Below, piece after piece: positions 17,256-24,933 of a stretch of 32,000 bases of DNA (position 1 is the first letter of the stretch; every line of letters begins with the position of its first letter). The notes beneath the pieces are model-generated. The model was given only the letters and a program-made list of their open reading frames with translations, was not told the DNA's origin and did not search any database. Source of the stretch: Cupriavidus necator. GTDB lineage: Bacteria; Pseudomonadota; Gammaproteobacteria; Burkholderiales; Burkholderiaceae. The DNA is taken from positions 1,710,001 to 1,742,000 of the forward strand of contig NZ_CP066019.1 in the NCBI RefSeq assembly GCF_016127575.1, given 5' to 3'. Position numbers and translations under genes: made by a program.

Positions 17256-17667
17256 TGTTATAGGAATGTTGCGATTGGCACGGAAGGCGCGATTCTACCT
17301 GCTTGCATCCGCTCAAATGTGGCATATGCACCACTACATATAGATTCGTTACATACTGCCCCGGCTTGTTGCGAGTTTGCAGGCACATGGCTTCATGTCT
17401 TAGCCAGCAGGCATTGGCTTATGAAAATGCTGCGCAAAACAGTCAGGGGCCAACAGGAGCCGGCATAAGGAAGTGCATACACAGGCGGCAGCTCTTTCCA
17501 CGAAGCAAGGCTTGTGAGTCAGGCACGTGCCTTTATGCGTCGCGGCCCAGAATATACAACTGTCGGGTGGATACGGGGATGTCAGGCTTGAACCACACAT
17601 TCCAGGAGAGCTCTGTTGTGCGCCAGTAGCATAAGCTAGAGGCAGGATTGCCACCTGGGGTCCGCTT

Positions 17668-17895
17668 ATGCAGCACCGCACGCTCTTCCCCCGCACCGGT
17701 CACGCCTTCCGTTGCGGCTTGGCTGAGTGCTCCCTCATCGCCCTTCTGGCCGCGGCCCTGGCGGGATGCGAGGGAGTCCCCCGGGATACCGCGGCGACAC
17801 CGCCACCGCCGCGTCAGCCGATTGCGCCCAGCGACGACGTGTACCCCGCCCCGACCACGGTACGCGACACGCGACCTGCGGTGCGCACTCCGTAG
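17668..17895 (+). CDS. small proline-rich putative lipoprotein
   Basis: 75 aa with a signal and lipobox SLIALLAAALAGC. Codons are mostly G/C-ending, and a weak GGGG lies 7 nt upstream of the ATG. I recognise no family. Confidence 0.45.
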   Translation: MQHRTLFPRTGHAFRCGLAECSLIALLAAALAGCEGVPRDTAATPPPPRQPIAPSDDVYPAPTTVRDTRPAVRTP

Positions 17896-18040
17896 GCGGC
17901 GTTTTCCTACGCGGCCGGCATCCGGCCTTTGCACCCGGATGTCATTCCCCTGTCATCCACGCCAAACAAAATGCCATCCAGGCAGGGTGCAGGCGCCCGT
18001 CCGCCAGCCGCCTTCTGCGGCAGTGCAGCGACGGAATGTC

Positions 18041-18068
18041 TTGACGCCCCGTTTTTTCCACCTTCAAT
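18041..18068 (+). promoter_or_regulatory. candidate sigma-70 promoter of the LacI-family regulator and ABC operon
   Basis: TTGACG (18041-18046), a 16-nt spacer, then TTCAAT (18063-18068). Confidence 0.5.
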
Positions 18069-18082
18069 GAAAACGTTTTCAT
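18067..18082 (+). promoter_or_regulatory. LacI/GalR-type operator (perfect 16-bp CG-centred palindrome)
   Basis: ATGAAAACGTTTTCAT pairs at every position. The AAACGTTT core resembles PurR/RbsR/Cra-type operators. It overlaps the candidate -10 and the ATG implied by the ORF track. Confidence 0.7.
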
Positions 18083-18096
18083 CCGGAGCTCTAAGC

Positions 18097-19164
18097 GTGA
18101 ATCGCAAAGATCCAGCGGGGGGCAGGCCCGACACGACAGGTGGCGCCACCCTGATCGACGTGGCGCAAGCCGCGCGGGTGTCGCTCGCCACCGCATCGCG
18201 CGTGTTCAGCAGCCCGCACCTGGTGCGCGACAGCACGGCGCAGCGCGTGCGCGAGGCGGCGCGCCGGCTCAGCTTTCGCCCCAACCTGCTCGGCAGCAAG
18301 CTGCGCGCCCAGCAGACCCGCATGATCGGTGTGATGGTGCCAACGCTGGAAAACGCGGTGTTCGCCGAATGCTGGCACGGCATCGAGGAAGCGGCGCTGG
18401 CGGGCGGCTATTCGCTGATGCTGGTCACCAGCGGCTACGATCCGGCTCGCGAATGCGAGCGTGTGGAGTACCTGCTGCGCCATCGCGTGGACGGCATGGT
18501 GCTGACCGTGGCCGACGCGGCGCACAGCACGGTGCTGGATCAACTCGACGGCGAGGGCGTGCCATACGTGCTGGCGTACAACCAGGCCGGACCGCGCAGC
18601 CGGCGTCATTCGGTATCGGTGGACAACCGGCGCAGCGCCTGCGCCGGCGTGGAGGCCCTGATTGCCGCCGGGCACCGCCGCATCGTCGTGGTATCGGGCG
18701 CCTTCGTCGCCTCGGACCGCGCGCGCCAGCGCTTTGCCGGCTATCAGGACGCCATGCGCGCGCACGGGCTAAGGCCCGCCGCGCCAGTCTGCCTGCCATC
18801 GCACACCGCCAGCAATGCCGAACAGATCCGCGCGCTGGTCCGGGCAAACGATGCGCCCACCGCCTTTTTCTGCACCAATGACCTGCTGGCCATCGGCGTG
18901 ATCTCCGACCTCAGGCGCCTCGGCCTGAGCGTGCCGCGCGACATCTCCGTGCTGGGCTATGACGGTATCGCGCTGGGCAGCGTGGTCGAACCGCCGCTGG
19001 CCACCGTCGTGCAACCCAATTCGGAGATCGGCGCCAGCGCCGTCGGCCGGCTGCTTGCCTGGCTGCACGATGGCGGACGAGCCTCGGCGGCGCCGCCGCG
19101 CGTCACGCTGCTGCCGCACGCACTGCGCGTCAACGGCACCGTGGCCGCTCCGCCATCAATGTAA
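18097..19164 (+). CDS. LacI-family transcriptional regulator
   Basis: The HTH is ATLIDVAQAARVSLATASRVFS, followed by a periplasmic-binding-fold core (IGVMVPTLENAVF...FFCTNDLLAIGV...VLGYDGI). I prefer GTG 18097 (GGAG 8 nt upstream, and downstream of the predicted TSS). The in-frame ATG 18067 lies inside the operator. The track ORF from 17929 is an over-extension. Confidence 0.85.
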   Translation: MNRKDPAGGRPDTTGGATLIDVAQAARVSLATASRVFSSPHLVRDSTAQRVREAARRLSFRPNLLGSKLRAQQTRMIGVMVPTLENAVFAECWHGIEEAALAGGYSLMLVTSGYDPARECERVEYLLRHRVDGMVLTVADAAHSTVLDQLDGEGVPYVLAYNQAGPRSRRHSVSVDNRRSACAGVEALIAAGHRRIVVVSGAFVASDRARQRFAGYQDAMRAHGLRPAAPVCLPSHTASNAEQIRALVRANDAPTAFFCTNDLLAIGVISDLRRLGLSVPRDISVLGYDGIALGSVVEPPLATVVQPNSEIGASAVGRLLAWLHDGGRASAAPPRVTLLPHALRVNGTVAAPPSM

Positions 19165-19226
19165 CCGCGCGTAACCGCGTGCGCATGTTGCATCCCCCAC
19201 CCCTGTCCTCAACCAAGGAGCCTCTC

Positions 19227-20249
19227 ATGCAACCTATTCCTTCCTGGCGCCGCCCGCTGCGCTGGATTGCCCTGGCGCTAAGCGCCGCCGCGTTCAGCCA
19301 GGGCGTGGCCGCCCAGACCGCGATCTGCTACAACTGCCCGCCCGAATGGGCCGACTGGGCGGCACAGATCCGCGCCATCAAGGAAAAGACCGGCGTTGCC
19401 GTGCCGCTGGACAACAAGAACTCCGGCCAGTCGCTGGCGCAGCTGGTCGCCGAGAAGGCCAGCCCGGTGGCCGATGTGGTCTACTACGGCGTGACCTTCG
19501 GCATCCAGGCCAAGAAGGACGGCGTCACCGCCGCCTACAAGCCCGCCCACTGGAACGACATTCCCGACGGCCTGAAGGACCCGCAGGGCAACTGGTTCGC
19601 CATCCATTCCGGCACGCTGGGCTTCATGGTCAATGTCGACGCGCTGCGCGGCAAGCCGGTGCCGCAGTCATGGGCCGACCTGCTCAAGCCCGAGTACAAG
19701 GGCCTGGTCGGCTATCTCGACCCCGCCAGCGCCTTCGTCGGCTACGTGGGCGCAGTGGCCGTCAACCAGGCCATGGGCGGCACGCTCGACAACTTCGGCC
19801 CGGCCTTCAAGTATTTCAAGGACCTGCAGAAGAACCAGCCGATCGTGCCCAAGCAGACCGCATATGCGCGCGTGCTGTCCGGTGAAATCCCTATCCTGCT
19901 CGATTACGACTTCAACGCCTATCGCGCCCGCTACAAGGACCACGCCAACGTTGCCTTCGTGATCCCCAAAGAGGGCTCGGTGGTGGTTCCCTACGTGATG
20001 AGCCTGGTCAACAAGGCGCCGCATGAGGCCGAAGGCCGCAAGGTGCTCGACTACGTGCTGTCCGACGCCGGCCAGGCGCTGTGGGCCAACGCCTACCTGC
20101 GCCCGGTGCGCGCCGGCGTGGTGCCTAAGGAAGTACAGGCGCGTTTCCTGCCGGCCACCGAATACGCACGGGCCAAGGCGGTGGACTTCGGCAAGATGGC
20201 CGACGTGCAAAAGGCGTTCAGCGAGCAGTATCTGAAGGAGGTGCGCTGA
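19227..20249 (+). CDS. ABC transporter periplasmic substrate-binding protein (PotD/AfuA-like family)
   Basis: 340 aa. ATG 19227 follows AAGGAG. The signal peptide is RWIALALSAAAFSQGVAAQ, and the type-2 SBP pattern is present (VVYYG, WFAIHSGTLGFMVN, GYLDP). Confidence 0.9.
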   Translation: MQPIPSWRRPLRWIALALSAAAFSQGVAAQTAICYNCPPEWADWAAQIRAIKEKTGVAVPLDNKNSGQSLAQLVAEKASPVADVVYYGVTFGIQAKKDGVTAAYKPAHWNDIPDGLKDPQGNWFAIHSGTLGFMVNVDALRGKPVPQSWADLLKPEYKGLVGYLDPASAFVGYVGAVAVNQAMGGTLDNFGPAFKYFKDLQKNQPIVPKQTAYARVLSGEIPILLDYDFNAYRARYKDHANVAFVIPKEGSVVVPYVMSLVNKAPHEAEGRKVLDYVLSDAGQALWANAYLRPVRAGVVPKEVQARFLPATEYARAKAVDFGKMADVQKAFSEQYLKEVR

Positions 20250-20289
20250 CAAGCGCGCTGACGACTGGCGATGGTGTCTCCCGCCTGAT

Positions 20290-20319
20290 GGCTGTCTTCC
20301 CGCAAGCGGGGAGACAGCC
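20290..20319 (+). other. intercistronic stem-loop between the SBP and permease genes
   Basis: ggctgtcttcccgc-aa-gcggggagacagcc has 14-nt arms with one G-U pair. An upstream near-copy, ggtgtctcccgc (20272-20283), could pair with the same 3' arm. Confidence 0.6.
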
Positions 20320-20368
20320 GGGCGGCTCACCCAAGCCATCGCCCACCGCCCATCACCCCGTCACTGCC

Positions 20369-21187
20369 ATGACAAACCGATCCCCCTCCCTCTTCCTGTT
20401 TGCCTTGCCGGCACTGGTGGTCTTCCTGGCCTTCTTCTGCCTGCCGATGGCGCGGCTCGTGGCGGTCAGCATCAACGGCGAGCAAGGCGCGGGCGTGTAC
20501 TGGACCGTGGTCTCCAGTCCGCGCTACCTGCACAGCCTGATGGTCACCGTGCTGCTGTCGGCAGCCGTGACACTGGTCACGCTGGTGATTGCCGGCATTG
20601 CCGGCACCTTCCTGCAGCGCAACGCGGTGCCTGGCAAGTCCGTGCTGGTGGCCATGCTGACCTTTCCGCTGGCGTTTCCCGGCGTGGTGATCGGCTTCAT
20701 GGTCATCATGCTCGGCGGCCGCAACGGCCTGCTGGCCATGGTCGGCGACAAGCTCGCCGGCGAGCGCTGGACCTTTGCCTACGGCCTGGCCGGGCTGTTC
20801 GTCGGCTACCTGTACTTTTCGATCCCGCGCGTGATCCTGACCGTGATGGCGGCAGTGGAGAAGCTCGACGCCTCGCTGGAAGAAGCTGCCCGCTCGCTGG
20901 GCGCCGGGCCCTGGCGCGTGGTGCGCGACGTGATGCTGCCCGCGATGATGCCGGCCATGATCTCCAGCGGCGCGATCTGCTTTGCCACCAGCATGGGCGC
21001 GTTCGGTACCGCCTTCACGCTGGCCACGCAACTCGACGTGCTGCCGCTCACCATCTACAACGAGTTCACCAACTACGCCAACTTCGGCATGGCCGCTGCG
21101 CTGTCCATCCTGTTGGGCACCGTCACCTGGGCCTTGCTGGCGCTCGCGCGCTGGTTTTCCGGCGACGCCGTGGCCGCGACCGCCTAG
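20369..21187 (+). CDS. ABC transporter permease
   Basis: 272 aa with 6 TM segments and the EAA loop LEEAARSLGAGPWRVVRDVMLP. ATG is at 20369; the track ORF from 20288 is an over-extension. Confidence 0.85.
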   Translation: MTNRSPSLFLFALPALVVFLAFFCLPMARLVAVSINGEQGAGVYWTVVSSPRYLHSLMVTVLLSAAVTLVTLVIAGIAGTFLQRNAVPGKSVLVAMLTFPLAFPGVVIGFMVIMLGGRNGLLAMVGDKLAGERWTFAYGLAGLFVGYLYFSIPRVILTVMAAVEKLDASLEEAARSLGAGPWRVVRDVMLPAMMPAMISSGAICFATSMGAFGTAFTLATQLDVLPLTIYNEFTNYANFGMAAALSILLGTVTWALLALARWFSGDAVAATA

Positions 21188-21197
21188 GAGCCATCCC

Positions 21198-22073
21198 ATG
21201 ACCCCAACCCATCGCCGCCCCGGCTACTGGCTGCAACTGGCGCTCACACTGGCGGTCTGCGCCTTCATGACCGTGCCGGTCGTGCTCTCCGTGCTGGCTG
21301 GCCTGACCAACAATATCTTCATCGGCCTGGAAAGCGGCCTGACCACGCGCTGGCTCGCGGAAGTCTGGTCGCTCTATCGCAATACCATCTTCCTGTCGCT
21401 GCTGATCGCGCTGGCCTGCCTTGCCTGCACGCTGGTGCTGGGCGTGCCGGCCGCGTACTACATGGCGCTGCGGCGCAACCGCATCACCCGGCTGATCGAG
21501 GAACTGCTGATGCTGCCGGTGGCCGTTCCGGGCCTCGCGACCGCGCTTGGCCTGATCCTGCTCTACGGCACCTGGCAGGCGCTGCGCACGAGCTGGCTGT
21601 TTATCCTGATCGGCCATGTGCTGTTCACCCTGCCCTTTATGGTGCGTTCGGTGCTGGCCATCCTTTCCGCCATCGATATCCGCACGCTGGAGGACGCAGC
21701 GGCCAGCCTTGGCGCGAGCCGCCTGCAGCGCTTCCTTACCGTGGTGCTGCCCAATTGCCGCCAGGGCATCCTGGCCGGCGCGCTCATGGTGGTCACGCTG
21801 TCGGTGGGCGAATTCAACCTCACCTGGATGCTGCACACGCCCACCACCCAGACGTTGCCGGTGGGCCTGGCCGACAGCTATGCCTCGATGCGGCTGGAGA
21901 TCGGCTCGGCCTACACCATCGTCTTCTTCGTCATGATCATTCCGCTGCTGGTGCTGATGCAAGCGCTCAGCGCGCTGGGCGCGCGTTCCCGCAAGTATGT
22001 TCCCGAAGCGGTGCCCGCCCCTGCTGTTGCCGCCACGCCGGCCAACCCTCATACCGAGACCCGTCATGCATGA
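21198..22073 (+). CDS. ABC transporter permease
   Basis: 291 aa with the EAA loop LEDAAASLGASRLQRFLTVVLP. ATG 21198 has AGGAG 7 nt upstream. Its end overlaps the ATPase start by 8 nt. Confidence 0.85.
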   Translation: MTPTHRRPGYWLQLALTLAVCAFMTVPVVLSVLAGLTNNIFIGLESGLTTRWLAEVWSLYRNTIFLSLLIALACLACTLVLGVPAAYYMALRRNRITRLIEELLMLPVAVPGLATALGLILLYGTWQALRTSWLFILIGHVLFTLPFMVRSVLAILSAIDIRTLEDAAASLGASRLQRFLTVVLPNCRQGILAGALMVVTLSVGEFNLTWMLHTPTTQTLPVGLADSYASMRLEIGSAYTIVFFVMIIPLLVLMQALSALGARSRKYVPEAVPAPAVAATPANPHTETRHA

Positions 22074-23124
22074 ACCCACCACCATCAGGCTGCGCGATTG
22101 CGGCAAGACGTTTGCCGACGGCACGCTGGCGCTGCAGCCGCTGGATCTCGACATCGGCGCCGCGGAAACCGTGGTACTGCTAGGCCCGTCCGGCTGCGGC
22201 AAGACCACCACGCTGCGCATCATCGCCGGGCTGGAGTATCCCGATGCAGGCGGCGAAGTCTGGTTCGGCGATACCTGCGTGACCGCGCTGCCGATCGAGC
22301 AGCGCGGCGTGGGCATGGTGTTCCAGAGCTACGCGCTGTTCCCCAATATGACCGTCTCCGAGAACATCGGCTACGGGCTGCGCGTGCGGCGCGTGGACGC
22401 CGCCATGCGCCGCACGCGGGTTGCCGACATGCTCGCGATGATGCATCTCGAACCCTTCGCCGACCGCCGCGTGGACCAGCTCTCGGGCGGCCAGCGCCAG
22501 CGCGTGGCGCTCGCACGCGCCATTGCCGTGCAGCCGCGCGTGCTACTGCTGGACGAGCCGCTGACCGCGCTCGACGCCAAGCTGCGCGACGCCCTGCGCG
22601 CCGACATCAACCAGTTGCTGCGCAACCTGGGCATCACCGCCGTCTATGTCACGCATGACCAGGCCGAGGCCATGGCGCTGGGCGACCGCATCATCGTTAT
22701 GGACAAGGGCCGCATCGCCCAGACGGGCACGCCGCAGGATATCTACCGCGCGCCGGCCAATGCCTTCGTGGCGGATTTCATCGGCACCATGAACCGCCTG
22801 TCCGCCGCTGCCGAGAACGGCGCCTGGCGCGTGCCTGGCGGCGTCGTGCCCCGGACGCACGAATCCGCGCCGGCGCAGCGCGCCGACCTGATGTTCCGCC
22901 CCGAAGACGTGGCGCTGGTGCACACGGACGACGCCCATCTGCACGGTAGCGTGGTCACGGCCCTGTTCCTGGGCAACTGCACCCGCCTGCTGGTGGAAGT
23001 CGGCGCCTCCGCGCCGCTCATCGTCGACACCACGCGCCGCGACAACTGGCACGCCGGAGACCGCGTCGGCCTGCGCATCGACACCGGCCACCTCATCACA
23101 CTTCCCGAAGCCCTGGCAGCATGA
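22066..23124 (+). CDS. ABC transporter ATP-binding protein (PotA/FbpC-like)
   Basis: It has Walker A GPSGCGKTT, Q-loop MVFQSYALFP, signature LSGGQRQRVALARA, Walker B VLLLDEPL and H-loop YVTHDQ, plus a C-terminal regulatory/TOBE-like tail. Confidence 0.9.
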   Translation: MHEPTTIRLRDCGKTFADGTLALQPLDLDIGAAETVVLLGPSGCGKTTTLRIIAGLEYPDAGGEVWFGDTCVTALPIEQRGVGMVFQSYALFPNMTVSENIGYGLRVRRVDAAMRRTRVADMLAMMHLEPFADRRVDQLSGGQRQRVALARAIAVQPRVLLLDEPLTALDAKLRDALRADINQLLRNLGITAVYVTHDQAEAMALGDRIIVMDKGRIAQTGTPQDIYRAPANAFVADFIGTMNRLSAAAENGAWRVPGGVVPRTHESAPAQRADLMFRPEDVALVHTDDAHLHGSVVTALFLGNCTRLLVEVGASAPLIVDTTRRDNWHAGDRVGLRIDTGHLITLPEALAA

Positions 23125-23966
23125 ACACCGCCCCCTACCTGGTCGCCCACATCACCGACCTCCACATCAAGGCCGGCGGCAAGCTGTCGTACCGGCTGGT
23201 TGACACCGCCGGTGCACTGCACCGCTGCATCGACACCCTGCTGGCAGCCCCGCAACAGCCCGACGCAGTGATTGTCACCGGCGACCTGGTCGACTTCGGC
23301 GCCGAAAGCGAATACCAGTTCCTGCGCCAGATCCTGCAGCGGCTATCCATGCCCGTGCGGTTGCTGCCGGGGAATCACGACAGCCGCGGCGCGCTACGCC
23401 GCGTCTTTGCCGATCACGACTATCTGTTCGCCACCGGCAGCGGCGAAGACCCGGTGCACTACAGCATCGACTCGGGACCGCTGCGGCTGGTGGCCTTCGA
23501 CTGCACCGTGCCGGGCCAGCCCGGCGGGCGCGTCGATCCCGGCGCGCTGCCATGGCTGGAAGCCGCACTGTCTGCCGACCCGGCCCGCCCCACCCTGCTG
23601 TTGCTGCACCATCCGCCGTTCTTTACCGGCATCGGCCACATGGACGAGCAGGGCCTGGCCAACGCCGACGCGCTCGAAGCCATCGTGCGCCGCCACCCGC
23701 AAGTGGAACGCGTGCTGTGCGGCCATCTGCATCGGCACATCACGCGCCGCTTCGGTGGCACGGTCGCGATCACCGCGCCCGGGCCGGCGCACCAGGTGGC
23801 GCTGGACCTGGACCCGCAGGCGCCCTCGTGCTTTCGCATGGAGCCGCCCGGCTACCTGCTGCACTGGTGGCATCCGGCACACGGACTTGTGACGCATGCG
23901 GCAGCGATCGGGGACTATGGGGCAGCGCATCCGTTCTTTGACGCGCAGGGCAAGCTGATCGACTAG
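23121..23966 (+). CDS. GpdQ/CpdA-like metallophosphodiesterase
   Basis: 281 aa with calcineurin-like motifs DLH, GDLVD, GNHD, HHPP and GHLH. The N-terminal half closely resembles my memory of Enterobacter aerogenes GpdQ ([26 protein letters not shown]...LIPGNHD). Its start overlaps the ATPase stop as ATGA. Confidence 0.85.
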   Translation: MNTAPYLVAHITDLHIKAGGKLSYRLVDTAGALHRCIDTLLAAPQQPDAVIVTGDLVDFGAESEYQFLRQILQRLSMPVRLLPGNHDSRGALRRVFADHDYLFATGSGEDPVHYSIDSGPLRLVAFDCTVPGQPGGRVDPGALPWLEAALSADPARPTLLLLHHPPFFTGIGHMDEQGLANADALEAIVRRHPQVERVLCGHLHRHITRRFGGTVAITAPGPAHQVALDLDPQAPSCFRMEPPGYLLHWWHPAHGLVTHAAAIGDYGAAHPFFDAQGKLID

Positions 23967-24373
23967 CGGTGACGCTCTGGCAAGTTGTTCGTAAGCGCCA
24001 GGTGATGGCCTTGCAAGAGTACGAATGGCGAAGCCATGCCTCGCAACCGCTTGCGTCATGTCCCAGCTTGCAGGTGGGGTCATCCGCGATGATTCCACCG
24101 CGGAGACTCCTCACCGAGGTGGTCTGCTGCTTTGCAGATCCGCTATTGCCAAACGGAGAATCAACGACGCATGATCGCCACGATCGAATCGACGCGGGTT
24201 CTGTCACAGGCCATTGCGATTGCAATGCGATTTGACTACACCCCTGTCGATCGGGACTCGGTTGCCTGACCGCAGGGTTGCGTCATATCGGGGCATGCCC
24301 AAGTCATGGCGCATATTCCCGCGCCTGGACAACGGAGCAGGCCCAGACCAACCGCCCCGTTGCCCTGCCCTGC

Positions 24374-24727
24374 TCAGGACAAGCATTCCCCGCTGTCGCG
24401 CGCATCGCTGCGCGCGCCGTCGGTGAAGCCATCGCGCGAGCTGATGCGGGCGCCATCGGTGTAAGGGTCAGGCTTGCGCATGCCGTCCAGGTACGGATCA
24501 AAGCCACGGACCGCGCACACGGACCTGCCCTGATACGCGACCACGGGCAGCATGGTGGCCTCGGTGGGCGGACTGTGCGCGCCATCGGTAAAGGCGTCGC
24601 GCTGGTCGCTGTGTCCCGGCGCGGCGACGATCAGCCCATCGGCATAGGCACCGGCGTGGGCGGTCTGGCTGAGCCCGGCGGCAAGTGCGGCAGCGGCAAG
24701 CAGGGTCTTGGCAAGAGTCTTATGCAT
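24374..24727 (-). CDS. small secreted protein with four D-x-[FY]-[TL]-D-G-[AM] motifs
   Basis: 117 aa from ATG 24727 (GGAGA 6 nt upstream). The signal peptide is MHKTLAKTLLAAAALAAGLSQTAHA. The motifs are DAFTDGAH, DPYLDGMR, DPYTDGAR and DGFTDGAR, and there are two Cys residues. I recognise no named family. Confidence 0.6.
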   Translation of the reverse strand: MHKTLAKTLLAAAALAAGLSQTAHAGAYADGLIVAAPGHSDQRDAFTDGAHSPPTEATMLPVVAYQGRSVCAVRGFDPYLDGMRKPDPYTDGARISSRDGFTDGARSDARDSGECLS

Positions 24728-24933
24728 TGCTATCTCCAACAGGGGTGTCGGCGGCGTTGCCGCGACGGCACTCCTCGTGCAGGCGACCAGCTACGGAACG
24801 GTACAGGCCGCACGGGATCGCCTCTGCCGTGCAAGCCGTTGCCTGGCGTGTACCGGCTGCCATCCGTGGCAGCGGTGTCGCGCCGGGCTTCTGGATAAGG
24901 GGTACCTGCGCCCCATGTCGAAAGCGTGGTGCG

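Noticed and set aside
17303-17629. 108-aa + ORF inside the 412-bp gap
   Set aside because: It is Cys/Arg/Thr-rich, has no RBS, uses mixed codons in a lower-GC stretch, and resembles no family. It is more likely non-coding.
19161-19180. Tandem 10-nt direct repeat GTAACCGCGC/GTAACCGCGT at the end of the LacI-family gene, considered as a second operator
   Set aside because: It is not palindromic and bears no resemblance to the ATGAAAACGTTTTCAT operator. It overlaps the stop codon and is most simply a chance duplication.
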